Under the pieces are notes generated by a model. That model was not told where the DNA came from and ran no database searches. It saw only the letters and a list, made by a program, of their open reading frames with translations. Below are positions 38,902 through 51,394 of a stretch of DNA of 64,000 nt, piece by piece. Source of the DNA: Eledone cirrhosa (Eukaryota); the NCBI GenBank assembly GCA_964016885.1, contig OZ024741.1, positions 208,816,001 through 208,880,000 on the forward strand, given 5' to 3'. The translations under genes were made by a program, and so were the position numbers. Each line of letters starts with the position of its first letter. Within the stretch, counting starts at the first letter, position 1.

Positions 38902-41900
38902 ATGGATGTGTTAAGAGTAGGATGTTTGAATGCACGTGGCCTGGGCTCAACTTGGAAGCAAGCAAATCTTCTAAATGACCTCAGGTCATGTGGTATAAAT
39001 GTAATGGTTATCTGTGAGACTCGGATCAGCGTCGTGTGGCAGCTGGCCCCTACCTTCGATGACTTTGAGGTGCATGCATCTCTCTGTCAACCTGGAGGTG
39101 GGGGTGGGGTTGTCGTACTGCTGCAAAAACACCTGGGTCTTGCCGTACAGGTTGTTCACTCGGACCCAGAGGGTCGTTTGTTGGTGCTAGACGTTGGCAG
39201 TAGTGAAGGTGCGGCCTTGAGACTGGTCGCCGTCTACTCCCCTTTCGGAGCTGAACGGCCCGACTTCTTCCAGCGTTTGGAGACTTTTCTGGGAACGTCG
39301 CGTTCCCTGCTTCTAGCGGGGGATTGGAATGACATCCTAGATGCACGTTGGGACTATGCAGGAGCATGTCCTAATAGAAGGGGATGTAACAGCCTCAAGG
39401 GGTTACTCGACCGTTTTAACTTGGTCGATAGATATCGACTAGATTTTCCAACTGTGCCTACCTGGACTTGGACGAACCACAGTGGTCAATCTAGATCGTA
39501 CTTAGATAGATTCTTAGTTAGAAGTAAGGATAGGGACATATTAAGCTGTCCAGAAATGCTCACGGTTGGCTATACGGATCACAAATTAGTGACCTGCGTA
39601 GTCAATCTCGAGAAAACACATAAACAGGGTCCCGGTTACTGGAAACTTAATTTGTCTTTACCGGCAAAAGAGACTTACAGAAACCGGATTAGCAGATTAG
39701 TTAAGGAGAGGTTGACGGGTGCAATCGTCAATAACCGATGGTGGGCATCTCTCAAAAGAGAGATTAGAACAGAATCAATAAGTTATAGCAAGATGTTAGC
39801 TGCCGATAGGAATAGAAACGAGAAAGAATTAACAGGTAAATTAGAAGAGGCAATCAAGAGCGAAGATGTGGCCAGAGTACTGGCATCGAGGACGGCCTTG
39901 AACCAGTTTTTCGATGCAAAGCACGAAGGCTGCGTCATTCGAAGTAAAATACATGCTCTAGGTAATGAGGGGGCCAAAGCCGTTGGCTGGGCCCGCGTGA
40001 CAGAAGCTAAGACGAGGATGGACGGGTGATCCGGGAACCTAAGCAGATGTGCGAGGCCTTTCAAAGGCACTTTGCCCGATTATTCGGGGGAGGCGAGGGT
40101 CCGGGCGGGGACGTGGATTTCGGTCCATACCTCGACGGCCTGCCGCGTCTCTCGAGCGAAGAGGCAGAGTCCTGCGAGGGACCAATCTCGGCTGATGAGA
40201 TCGGGGATGCGCTGAGCCAATGCAGCAGACGCAAATCTCCAGGTCTCGATGGTATACCTTACGAACTTTATTTAGCAATGCCGGTCTTCTTCTCCGAACT
40301 CCTCGAAGCGGTCTACTGCAATTGGCAGCAGAACGGGAGAATTCCTTGTTCTGTAGCCAAGGGCGTAGTCTCGCTGGTGAGGAAGGACGAGAACAAGGGG
40401 GATAGTATAAATAATTTTAGGCCCATAACCCTGCTAAACACAGAGTTAAAGATTTTGGCCAAGGTGTTAGCAAAGAGGTTGGCGCTTGTCGTGGGTAGCC
40501 TGGTGGGAGATGCGCAGACATGTGCTATCCCATCCAGGTCCATTCACGATAACCTCCACCTCATGCGATACATCATAGAGAGGGTTGGCAACTAACCCGG
40601 CTTCGGTGGGGCCCTGATCAACTTGGATCAGTCTAAGGCCTTCGATAGGGTCGACCATGGTTACCTGGATGCGGTGCTAGCGGCGGCTGGGTTAGGTCCT
40701 GTTTTCAGAGGCTGGATCACTGCCTTACATAGCAACCACATCTGTTCTAGGATCAAGGTGAACGGCTACCTTTCGAAGCCGTTCGAAATCACACGATCCA
40801 TTCGACAGGGGTGCCCTCTCTCCTCCCTTCTGTACGTATTGACTCTCGAGCCTTTACTGAGGAAGTTGGAGTTGTTGCAGGGTATCCCCCTGGAACCAGG
40901 ATTGAGCAAAGCAGTGTCGGCCTACGCCGATGACGTAACAATAATGGTATCGACCGACTCGGAGATCGAGGCGATCGGTACCTTACTGGAGGATTACGAA
41001 AGGTTGTCAGGAGCGAAACTGAACCGGGAAAAATCCATCGGGCTGCAACTCGGAACGTGGAGAGGCAGACCGATGCCTCCCGACGGTGTCGTCGGACACT
41101 GGACGGAGGGCCCGGTAAAGTTGCTTGGGGTCTGGTTTGGACCGGACCTCCAGGTGGAAAAGAACTGGGACGAGGTTACGAACAAGGTGTTTGCACTAAC
41201 CCAGAAATGGGCCAAGTGTAAGCTGTCCCTAAAAGGCCGGGCGGAGGTGGCGAACATTTACATAGCGTCCGTCACTTACTACCGCCTGACTGTCGTGCCT
41301 TGCCCTAAGGAAACACTCACCACCATGGAACGCATGCTCTTCCAATTTCTTGGGAAGAAGCGCCCTCCTATGGTGAGAAGATCCATCTGCTGCCAACAAC
41401 CTTCGAAAGGAGAGCTGGGGATGCCATGGTTGATGATGCGTAGGCACGCATTAAGGCTACGGCACCTACAGGTATTCCTCACTGGTCAACCGGTGTGGGC
41501 TCCGTTCGTGAAACGAGCCTTTCCGAGACTCGTCTCGCTCACCGAGCTGCAGTCCTGGGTCAAGCAAAGATCCGGAAAACTGGGAGACTGGCACACTGAG
41601 TGTGCTCAGGCGCTCAGGGCTCTCTGGCAAGCGGGCCAGGCCATCGGTGGAGAATCCACCTCATCATTCTATAGAGGGCTGGTGGCTAGCAGGGGCGATG
41701 ACACCCTTGGATAGTCGCTGGACATGGAAGAGGACGAACTGGCCAGCCTGTTCGGTAGGACTTTCGGCCCGGGACCAATGGACAACTTCCAGAAGTCACT
41801 AGCCTGGCAGTGCTACCGGGGGCTCTACCCGTTCTCGAGAGGCTCTACAGACACGGGCGCCCGGGCAGGGATCCCTCGAAAAAGATTTGCCCTAGATGCG

Positions 41901-42303
41901 TGCGTCACGAAGAAACCGTTGCGCACGCATTGGTGCAATGTCAGGGCGTGGCTGATCTGTGGGGCTACGCCGAACGACTGCTGTCACGGGTGGCGCCGAT
42001 TCGATTGACCGCCGAGTCTGTGATGACAATCAAACCGCCTCCCCTCTTCACAAAGGAAGCAAAGGCGTTTTTCTGTGCGTAATAGCCATGTTGAAAGAGG
42101 TTGTTTGGTGGACACGATTGAAAGGTCTGAGGTCAGGCAAATTCCTCTCTGGCCATAGTCTGGTCTACTTCTTCCGATATCACTTCGGAAGAAGGATAAG
42201 AATGGAGAGAGAGGTGCTTGGCTACAGCCAGTTTTATGAAAGGTGGGTGATAGTGGCGAGAATGGCTCGTGTAAATGGGCCTTCTCTGTATACCATCCTG
42301 TAG
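38902..42303 (+). pseudogene. Disrupted Tx1 ORF2 (copy 2)
   Basis: APE and RT motifs are present but split by a deletion/frameshift (~40020), stops (40595, 41714) and further frameshifts. Confidence 0.9.
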
Positions 42304-42563
42304 GTAAAGAAGTGAAGGAGAGTGGAGCACCTTCTCCATGTGCTCCCCGGGCAAAGGATTGCACACTTTTTCGGGGGTGTGTGCAACCCCCATCACGTCC
42401 CCTCCCTTTTGAGGTTGTTTTCGATTATTTTCATTTTATACCCTTTTTACTCGATTGTATGTAAACTCCCCTTTGTATTTGTCCCTTCTTTTTATGCCTT
42501 TATGGTAAATAAAGAAATATATCTATCTATCTATCTCTCTGTCTATCTCTGTCTATCTCTATC

Positions 42564-45500
42564 GACCGGACGTGCGATAGATCGTCGGTTAGTTTTTGTA
42601 AAATTTTCTATACAAAAACAGAATTTATTGTGTGAAAATGTATATTGTTTGATAGATTAACACCCAGGCTGAATTGTCAGCTGAGTAGTAATCTCAATTT
42701 TCGCTCCTGTGGGGCGAAAATTTAATCTAAAAAATTATTGAGAAGTTTTAAAATGTTCCTAACTTTAACAATGTGTGATTTACAGAGAACGCTAGACAGC
42801 GAGAAGAGAGGCAAAGAGGCAGATATAAGCGTTATATCTCCCTCTGCTTCCATAGAGGTATCTATGGAGACAAGCAACAACGAAACTTCGTTTCGTAAAG
42901 AAATGGTTATTTGCTCAACAAAAGATGAAAATAACAGCCCACAACAGACACCAAAAAATACAGAAAATGCAGAAATTGAAACAATTAACACAACTACACA
43001 CGAAAAAACCAACAACAACAAAACTGAAAAAAGAACATTCGCACAGACTGTAGTAAAAAAGAATATAAAGAATTGAACATCAGCAATTCAACACAGATGT
43101 TGTCTGATGCGAGACAATTTATAACATTTGAAGAAAAGGGTGGGTTTCAAATAAACTCACCCCTGGAAATTAAACAAGAAACAGTTCGAAGAACGGTAAC
43201 CTTCAGAACTGTCTCAAATCAAATAAAAAAGTCAGTATTCCTCAGTCAAGGGGAATTTGAAACCACCTTGAAAGAGGCTATGCCGGACATTGATTTTATG
43301 GAAGTATTTCGGTACTTTTTAAAAGCGAGGCCCTCGAATAAAAGCATTCTGTTACACCAGTCATCACAAAAACACACCCCCTTTTCCCTACTTACATAGG
43401 AAAAAGAACACAAAAAATTTAAATAAATAACATACCAGCAAACATCAACATTTGGTGGATCTTAGCAGGGTTCATAGAGCCAGAAAGTGACACAATTCTT
43501 TCGGTCAGGAAGTCGACCAGACAAAGGTGGGCAGGGACAAATTTTGAAATTCTGATACAAATGAAACCAGAAAGAATTTCCAAAATCCCCGAAAGAGTGC
43601 TGGTCGACAACCAAAATTACATTAACATTGTCACTGAAGACGGAGAGCCACACTGTTTTCGATGTGCAAGCACACCGCACCTAAAAGCCTCCTGCCCTTT
43701 ACAAACAAATTTAAAAAGAACACAGCACCACCCACCCCACCCAATCCAACACTACCGCAAACACACACACCAAAACACCATCACCACACATCATACCCCT
43801 ACCCCACACTCCTGATGATGATTATTCATTAACAGATGAGGCTGTTTCTCCTTCTTTAAGTGAAGAAAAAGAAGAGCCTCAGAAAACCAAAGAACAATAA
43901 AAGAGATACCAGAAAACCCCCAAAACTCCAATCACCAACACCAACACAAAACCACAGACACAAACAAAACACAAACAACACCACAACCAAGCCTCCCCTA
44001 CCAACAAAACAAACACCAACACCACCACAAACACAAAAAAGAAAACTCACAGACGAACAACAAACTAAAACAACACAACCACAACAAAAACAACAATATA
44101 CATACATCAACATCAACAACAAAAATTTGATGGAGGTCATCTCACAGGGCCCCAAAATGTAAACTGAGGGGAAAACTTTTGTAAAAGCAGACGCTCAGCC
44201 ACACCTGAAACTAATAAGGGTTTCGATAGAAACCTATCAGAAATTGAAAGAACAGTTTTCACAGGACGTTGGCAATCCCCGCCAAAAACTAATAAACCGT
44301 GTCCTGTTGAAATGTTTCCCCACCCCACTCAACATCCCCACCAGAACTGAAATGGAGATTGAACAACCCGATCTCCAGGAAACGAAAAAGCAAGTGCACC
44401 TTTTCGTCCTTTTCGCCAACTCTTCTCCACCAACATGGCTGAATTACGAGTTGGAAGCGTGAATGTGCGTGGCCTAGGGATGCCCTGGAAACAGGACCAA
44501 CTTTTAACGACCTTAGGTCACACGGTATAGATGTAATAGCCATCACCGTGTCCAGGATCCACAAGGCAGCAACTAACCCCATCTTCAACGAGTTTGAGAT
44601 CTACGTCAGCTGGGAGGTGGAATACATAGACAAGGACCCGGATACTGGAAGCTGAACGTGTCGTTGACTGCACGAAAAGTACATTAGTTAAGCAAGAGTT
44701 GACGGGAGCCATCGTCAACAATAGATGGTGGGACTCTCTCAAGAGAGCAATTAGAGTAGAATCGATAGGGGTTAGCAGAGAATTAGCTTTTGAGAAAAAC
44801 AAAACAGAAACAGAACTAGTAGCCAAGGTTGAAGAGGCACTTAGGAGTGGCAACACATCTAGAGTGCTAGCATTGAGAACGACACTGGATCAGTTCTCCG
44901 ACGCGAAACACGAAGGCTGCGTGGTCAGAAGTAAATCACGTGTTCTAAGAAACGAGGGAGTAAAAGTTGTTAGCTGGGCCCGAGTGGCGGAAGCGAAAAG
45001 TGGCAATAAGTCCACGATTCGGTCTTTGAAAGACCAAAACGGACGCGTGCTACTTGACCCCAGGTAGAAGTGCGCGGCCTTTCAGTGGCACTTTGCGCGA
45101 CTGTTTGAGCAGAACGACGGTGCACCGAACGGGGCAATGCACTTTGGTTCATACCTCGATGGCCTACCGCATCTCTCGAGCATGGACACCGAGTTCTGCG
45201 AAAGACCGATCACAACAACTGAGATATGGGACGCTCTGGGCCGCTGCGGGAAACGTATGTCACCCGGTCTAGATGGTCTACCCTATGAGTTTTACATAGG
45301 CATGCCGGACTTGTTCTCTGGCGTCCTCGAAGCCGTCTATTGCAATTGGCAGCAGAACGGGACAATTCCCAGTTCTGCAGGCAAGGGCGTAGTAACGCTG
45401 ATCAGGAAAGACGAGAACAAGGGGGACGAAATAAACAATTTCAGGCTCATAACTCTGCTCAATACAGAGTTAAAGATTTTGGTCAAGGTGCTAGCAACGA

Positions 45501-47565
45501 GGCTGGCGCTTGTCGTCGAAAATCTGGTAGGGAAAGCGCAAAAGTGTGCAATCGCGACCAGGTCCATACATGACAACCTCCACCTCATGCGATACATCAT
45601 AGAAAGGGTGGGGTGTAAACCCGGCTTCGGTGGGGCTCTGATCAATTTAGATCAGTATAAGGCATTCGATAGTGTCGACCATCGATACTTGGAAGCGGTT
45701 CTCAAGGCGACCGGTTTCGGTCCCGTTTTCAGAGGCTGGATCGAAGAGATGCACACCAGCATCTGCTCAAGGGTCAAGGTGAACGGTTACCTATCAGAGC
45801 CGTTCTCAATCACGCGTTCCATTCGACAGGGATGCCCTCTCTCCTCCATTCTGTATGTATTGACTCTAGAGCCACTACTGCAGAAATTGGAGCTGTTGCA
45901 GGGCATCCCTCTAGAACTTGGACTGCGCAAAGCGGCGTCGGCTTATGCCGACGACAGGCGTGCAGGTAGTGGTGTCGAGCACCTCAGAAATCGGGGTGAT
46001 CGGCAACTTACTGAAAGAATACGAAACGCTGAGGGGAGCAAAACTAAACCCGAACATGTCTGTCGGATTGTAATTCGGTACGTTGAGAGGCAAACCGATG
46101 GCGTCCGACAGCGTCGTTGGTCGCTGGACGGACGGACCATAGAAATTGCTCGGGGTCTGGTTCCGTCCAGACCTCCAGGTGGAGAAAAACTGGAACGAGG
46201 TCACGGCCAAGGTGTTTGCGCTCACCCAGAAGTGGGAAGAGTGCAAACTGTCCTTGAATGGTCGAGCGGAGGTGGCGAACACTTTCATAGCGTCCGTTAT
46301 CTACTGCCGCTTGACTGTCGTGCCTTGTCCCCGTGAATACCTCACCAAGATGGAACGCATGCTCTTCCGGTTCCTGTGGAAGAAGCCAGCTCCGCTGGTG
46401 AGGAGATCCGTCTGCTGTCAACACCTTTCCAACGGAGGGCTGGGAATGCCGTGGCTGATGATGCGCAAACATGCGCTGAGGCTACGGCATCTCCAGGTAT
46501 TCCTTGCCGAGCCCCAACCGGTGTGGGCACCGTTTGTGAGAGGGACTTTCCCGCAGCTCGTCTCGCTGACGGAGCTGCAGTCCTGGGTCAAGAAAAGACC
46601 GAAAACGATGGACGCCTGGCACATTGAATGCGCTCGGCCGCTCACAGTCCTCTGGCAAGCGGGCACAGCAATCAGTGGAGACTCCACTTCGACATTCTAT
46701 AGAGGGATTGTACGTTACAAGGGCGACGACGTGCTCGGAGAGACTCTGGGCGTCGAAGACGATGAGCTCACCAGTCTGTTTGGTAGGACTTTCCGCCCGG
46801 GACCTATGGACAACTTCCAGAGGTCCCTGGCCTGGCAGTGCTACCGAGGAGCTCTACCAGTTCGTGACAAGATCTACAGGCACGGACGCCCCGCAGGGAT
46901 GTTTCCAAGAGGACGTGTCCAAGATGCGCGCAGGACATTGAAACAGTCCTGCACGCAATTGTACACTGCCCGGGCGTATGCGACCTGTGGAACTATGCAG
47001 AACAACTGCTGTTGCGTATGGGACAAATCCAGTTGACTGCCGAGCCCATAGTAAGGATCAAACCGCCAGCCTCTTTCAAAAACGAAAGAAAGGCGGTTTT
47101 CCTCTGTACAGTGGCTATGGTGAAAGAGGTTATATGGTGGACGAGATTGAGAGGACTGAGGACAGATCCTTTCTCGTCCGGACAACAATTGATTCCCTTC
47201 TTTAAATATCACTTCAGAAGGACAATCAGGGTGGAGAAAGAGGCACTGCACCCCAGTAAATTTACTGAAAGGTGGGTGAATGAAGCGAAAATGGCCCGAG
47301 TGATTGGGCCTTCTCTGTTTATAAGCCTGTAGGTTAAAGATAAGAGTAAAAGGAAGAAGGGAGCACTTGCACAACACGTTCCTGAAATTGAGGGTTGTTT
47401 TATCGACGGGGTATTAAACACCCATTTTCTGGCGCTTCCCCTCTATTGGGGATTTCGATTGTTATAATTGTTTGCTTTACATTTTTTACACGACTGTATG
47501 TAAAATCCCCGACATGTCTTTGTATTGTCCCCTTTTCTCGTGCGCCCTTGTGGCAAATAAAGAAA
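42564..47565 (+). mobile_element. Tx1-like element, copy 3 (third subfamily; internal APE deletion, decayed)
   Basis: Fragmented ORF1 (CFRCASTPHLKASC). ORF2 runs from ~44435 to 47332 and jumps from the start of APE to QGPGYWKLN. Ends AATAAAGAAAT then (TATC)n. Confidence 0.92.
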
Positions 47566-47620
47566 TCTATCTATATATCTATCAATCGATCTATCTATAA
47601 ATCTATCTATCTATCTATCT

Positions 47621-49155
47621 AACTTACTGAAGGAAAACGAAAGGTCCACAGGTGCGAAGCTGAACCGGGACAAGTCCATCGAAACTGATGCCTTCCGATG
47701 GTGTCGTCGGACACTGGACGGAAGGACCGGTGAAGCTGCTCGGGGTCTGGTTTGGTCCAGACCTCCAGGTGGAGAAGAACTGGAACGAGGTGACAGCCAA
47801 GGTGTTTGCACTCACCCAGAAGTGGGCCGATGGCAAACTATCCTTGAAAGGTCAAGCGGAGGTGGCGAACACTTTTATAGTGTCCGTCATCTACTACCGC
47901 TTGACCGTCGTGCCTTGTCCAGCCAAAACGCTCACCAAAATGGAACGCGCGCTCTTCCAATTCCTTTGGAAGAAGCGGGCTCCTTTGGTGAGAAGATCCA
48001 TCTGCTGCCAACACCCTTCCAACGGAGGGCTGGGGTGCCGTGGCTGACGATGCGCAAACACGCACTCAGGCTGCGGCAACTCTACGTATTCCTCACCGGA
48101 CAACGGGTGTGGGCCCCGTTCGTAAGGCTAGCCTTCCCACGACTCGTCTCGCTAACCGTGCTGCAGTCCTGGGTCAAGCAAAGACTGAGGAAAATGGGCG
48201 ACTGGCACATCGAATGTGCTCAGGCGCTCACAGCCCTCTGACACGCGGACCCGGCGATCAGTGGAGACTCCACTTCGTCCTTCTATAGAGGGTTGATCCG
48301 CAGCAAGTGCGACGAAGCGCTCGGAGAAACTCTAGGCATAGAGTAAGACGAACTGGCCAGTCTGTTCGGTAGGACTTTCCGCCCGGGACCGATGGACAAC
48401 TTCCCAAATCCCTGGTCTGGCAGTGCTACCGAGGAGCTCTACTAGTTCGAGACAGGCTCTATAGACATGGGCGCCCGGGCAGGGACCCTTCGAAAAAGAT
48501 CTGTCCGAGATGCGTCCGCGACGAAGAAACCGTCGCGCACGCATTCATACACTGCCTGGGCGTTACCGACCTGTGGGGCTAAGTAAAACGACTATTGTCG
48601 CGGGTGGGACCAATCCGGTTGACCACCGAGTCCACTGCCATGATCAAACCGCCACCCTCCTTCAAAAACGAAGGAGAGGCGGTTTTCCTTTGTGTGATAG
48701 CTATGGCGAAAGAGGTTGTATGGTGGACGAGGTTAAAAGGGCTGAGGTCAGACACCTTTCTCTCCGGCCAACAACTGATTCTTTTTTTTCAAATATCACT
48801 TTGAGAGAAGAATCAGGATGGAGAGAGAGGTGCTGTACCCCAGCAAGTTTTATGAAAGGTGGGTGAAAGTAGCGAGAATGGCCCGAGTGAATGGGCCTTC
48901 TCTCTATATCAGCTTGTAGGTTGAGGAAAAAGAGGAAGAGAGGAAAGGGGTACATACACTTCGTTCTCCTGGAGATGAGGGCTGCACATTTTTTCGGGGG
49001 TATGTGTTACCCATATGAAATGTCTCCCCCTATTGAGGAAAATCGATTAATTTTTAAATTACATCTGTGATAGCATTTTACACGTTTTTAATGTATGTAA
49101 ACTTCCCCCTTTGTATTTGTCCCCTTCTTTTGTGCCCCTGTGGCTCATAAAGAAA
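47621..49155 (+). mobile_element. 5'-truncated Tx1-like element, copy 4 (same subfamily as copy 1)
   Basis: Closely matches ~35148-36709, including the 3' UTR. Bounded by (TATC)n on both sides. Confidence 0.95.
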
Positions 49156-49621
49156 CATATCTATCTATCTATTTACCTATCTATCTATTTGCCTATCAAT
49201 CTATCTATCTTTCTATTTACCTATACTCCTCCTCTCTTGCTCATGACTCTTACTCGTCCATTTCAACATCAACTCTCCTATTACTCACTGCCAGCGTGTG
49301 TACACGATTCAGTGGAACGTCCCAGCTGAAAGTTCAAAACACTATAGTTTCAGCAATCAGCCGAGATCTCAAGATCGATATTCAATACAATTGGAACATT
49401 ATCCTTGAATCACAAAGCTATGTATACAACTGTTTACGATCTGATTAATATGGTACTCACAATTTCCCCAAACTCACTCATACACCCTATTCATGCACAC
49501 CCATGTTTCCTCAATCAATAATATATTAAATAGACCCGTGTGTGTATGCGTGTTCATACGTGCGAGTGGATGCACAGGTATATATATATGTATATATATA
49601 TATATATATATACATATATAC

Positions 49622-49653
<32 letters not shown>

Positions 49654-49929
49654 TTATATATAGATATGTAAGTATGTATGTATGTATACTTACATACATA
49701 TATGTATACAGACGTACAGTAGTATGTATATATATACATACATGCACACATATATATATGCACGTATCGGTATATATATGCACACATATATATGTGTGCA
49801 TGTATGTATATATATACATACTACTGTACGTCTGTATACATATATGTATGTACGTATACATACATACATACTTATTTAAGTAACTGCCGTACTAAGAGTG
49901 AGAAATGAAATTTCGTTTCATTCTATTCC

Positions 49930-49982
<53 letters not shown>

Positions 49983-50057
49983 GATAAATCTACCAAGAGT
50001 TTACGGTAGTATCCAATCCGTATGAAGAACTCAATGTATTCCGGATATCATGGAAAG

Positions 50058-50206
50058 ATTATTTCTGAAGACGGCGTATATATGTGTTAGGTATGTATAT
50101 TTAATCTTGATAATTTGTATAATTTTGTATAATTTTGTACATAGATCTGTTGAATATGCATACCAATTATAACACATATATACCCTAGAAACGATCGTTA
50201 AATAAT
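50058..50206 (+). ncRNA. Type I hammerhead ribozyme with long stem II
   Basis: ATTATTT-CTGAAGA-CGGCGTATATATGTGTTA...TAACACATATATACCCTA-GAAA-CGATCG-TT-AAATAAT, on a ~260-bp island between (TA)n tracts. Confidence 0.75.
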
Positions 50207-50254
50207 GAACTTTTTTTGTTTAATATAAGGAATTGTTTATTCATTATTTGTTTA

Positions 50255-50321
<67 letters not shown>

Positions 50322-50587
50322 TGGGTTTATATATATATATAAATATATGTATGGATATATGTATATATACATGCATATATATATACACACACACATATAT
50401 ATATACAAATATACATATGCTATATATACATATATATATGTATATATATTATTTCTATTTTTGAATTCTTTTAAAAAAAAGAAATCATTAAATATTACAA
50501 TCACCGGTTTATAAATACATAGGCATGTATGTACATATGTATATATATATACTTGTATATATATATATGTATATATTCATATATATG

Positions 50588-50634
<47 letters not shown>

Positions 50635-50689
50635 GTATATGTGTGTGTCTGTATGCACGTATGTATATATATATATATATGTATATATT

Positions 50690-50720
<31 letters not shown>

Positions 50721-50741
50721 GTATATAGATATAGATATATT

Positions 50742-50810
<69 letters not shown>

Positions 50811-51197
50811 TGGGGAGAGGCTAGGGAGTATACTGGTGTAAGATCGATATCTATTAATATTAACTAAAATATGAACGAAGCTGAAAACAATAAGGTGGAA
50901 CTATAATCCAATTGACTTGGTTCAATGCAGCATGTCTGTTTGAACATGTGAAACTATGTGTATTATTCTGTGGCAGAAAACAACAGCATACACATTCACA
51001 CACACTCACACCTACACACTCACATACATACACACACACCCACTCACACACACACTCACATACACACTCACAAATACACACATACACAAACACTCACACA
51101 CACACAGCCAAACACACTCACACATACACACTCACATACACACACACACTGACTCACACACACGCATATACACACACACTCAGATACATACTCACAC

Positions 51198-51228
<31 letters not shown>

Positions 51229-51297
51229 ATATATATATAGACACACACACACACGCAGGCACACAATCAGATACACACACATATATATGTGTGTATG

Positions 51298-51392
<95 letters not shown>

Positions 51393-51394
<2 letters not shown>

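Larger units (their letters stand above)
36758..42518 (+). mobile_element. Full-length Tx1-like element, copy 2 (distinct subfamily, ORF2 disrupted)
   Basis: ORF1 at 37159..38808. ORF2 pieces 38902..40029, 40026..40595, 40623..41714 and 41724..42303. Ends AATAAAGAAAT then (TATC)n. Confidence 0.95.

Noticed and set aside
33103-48955. Many antisense and alternate-frame ORFs inside the Tx1 ORF2 copies
   Set aside because: Expected shadows of GC-richer coding sequence; they recur only because the elements are homologous.
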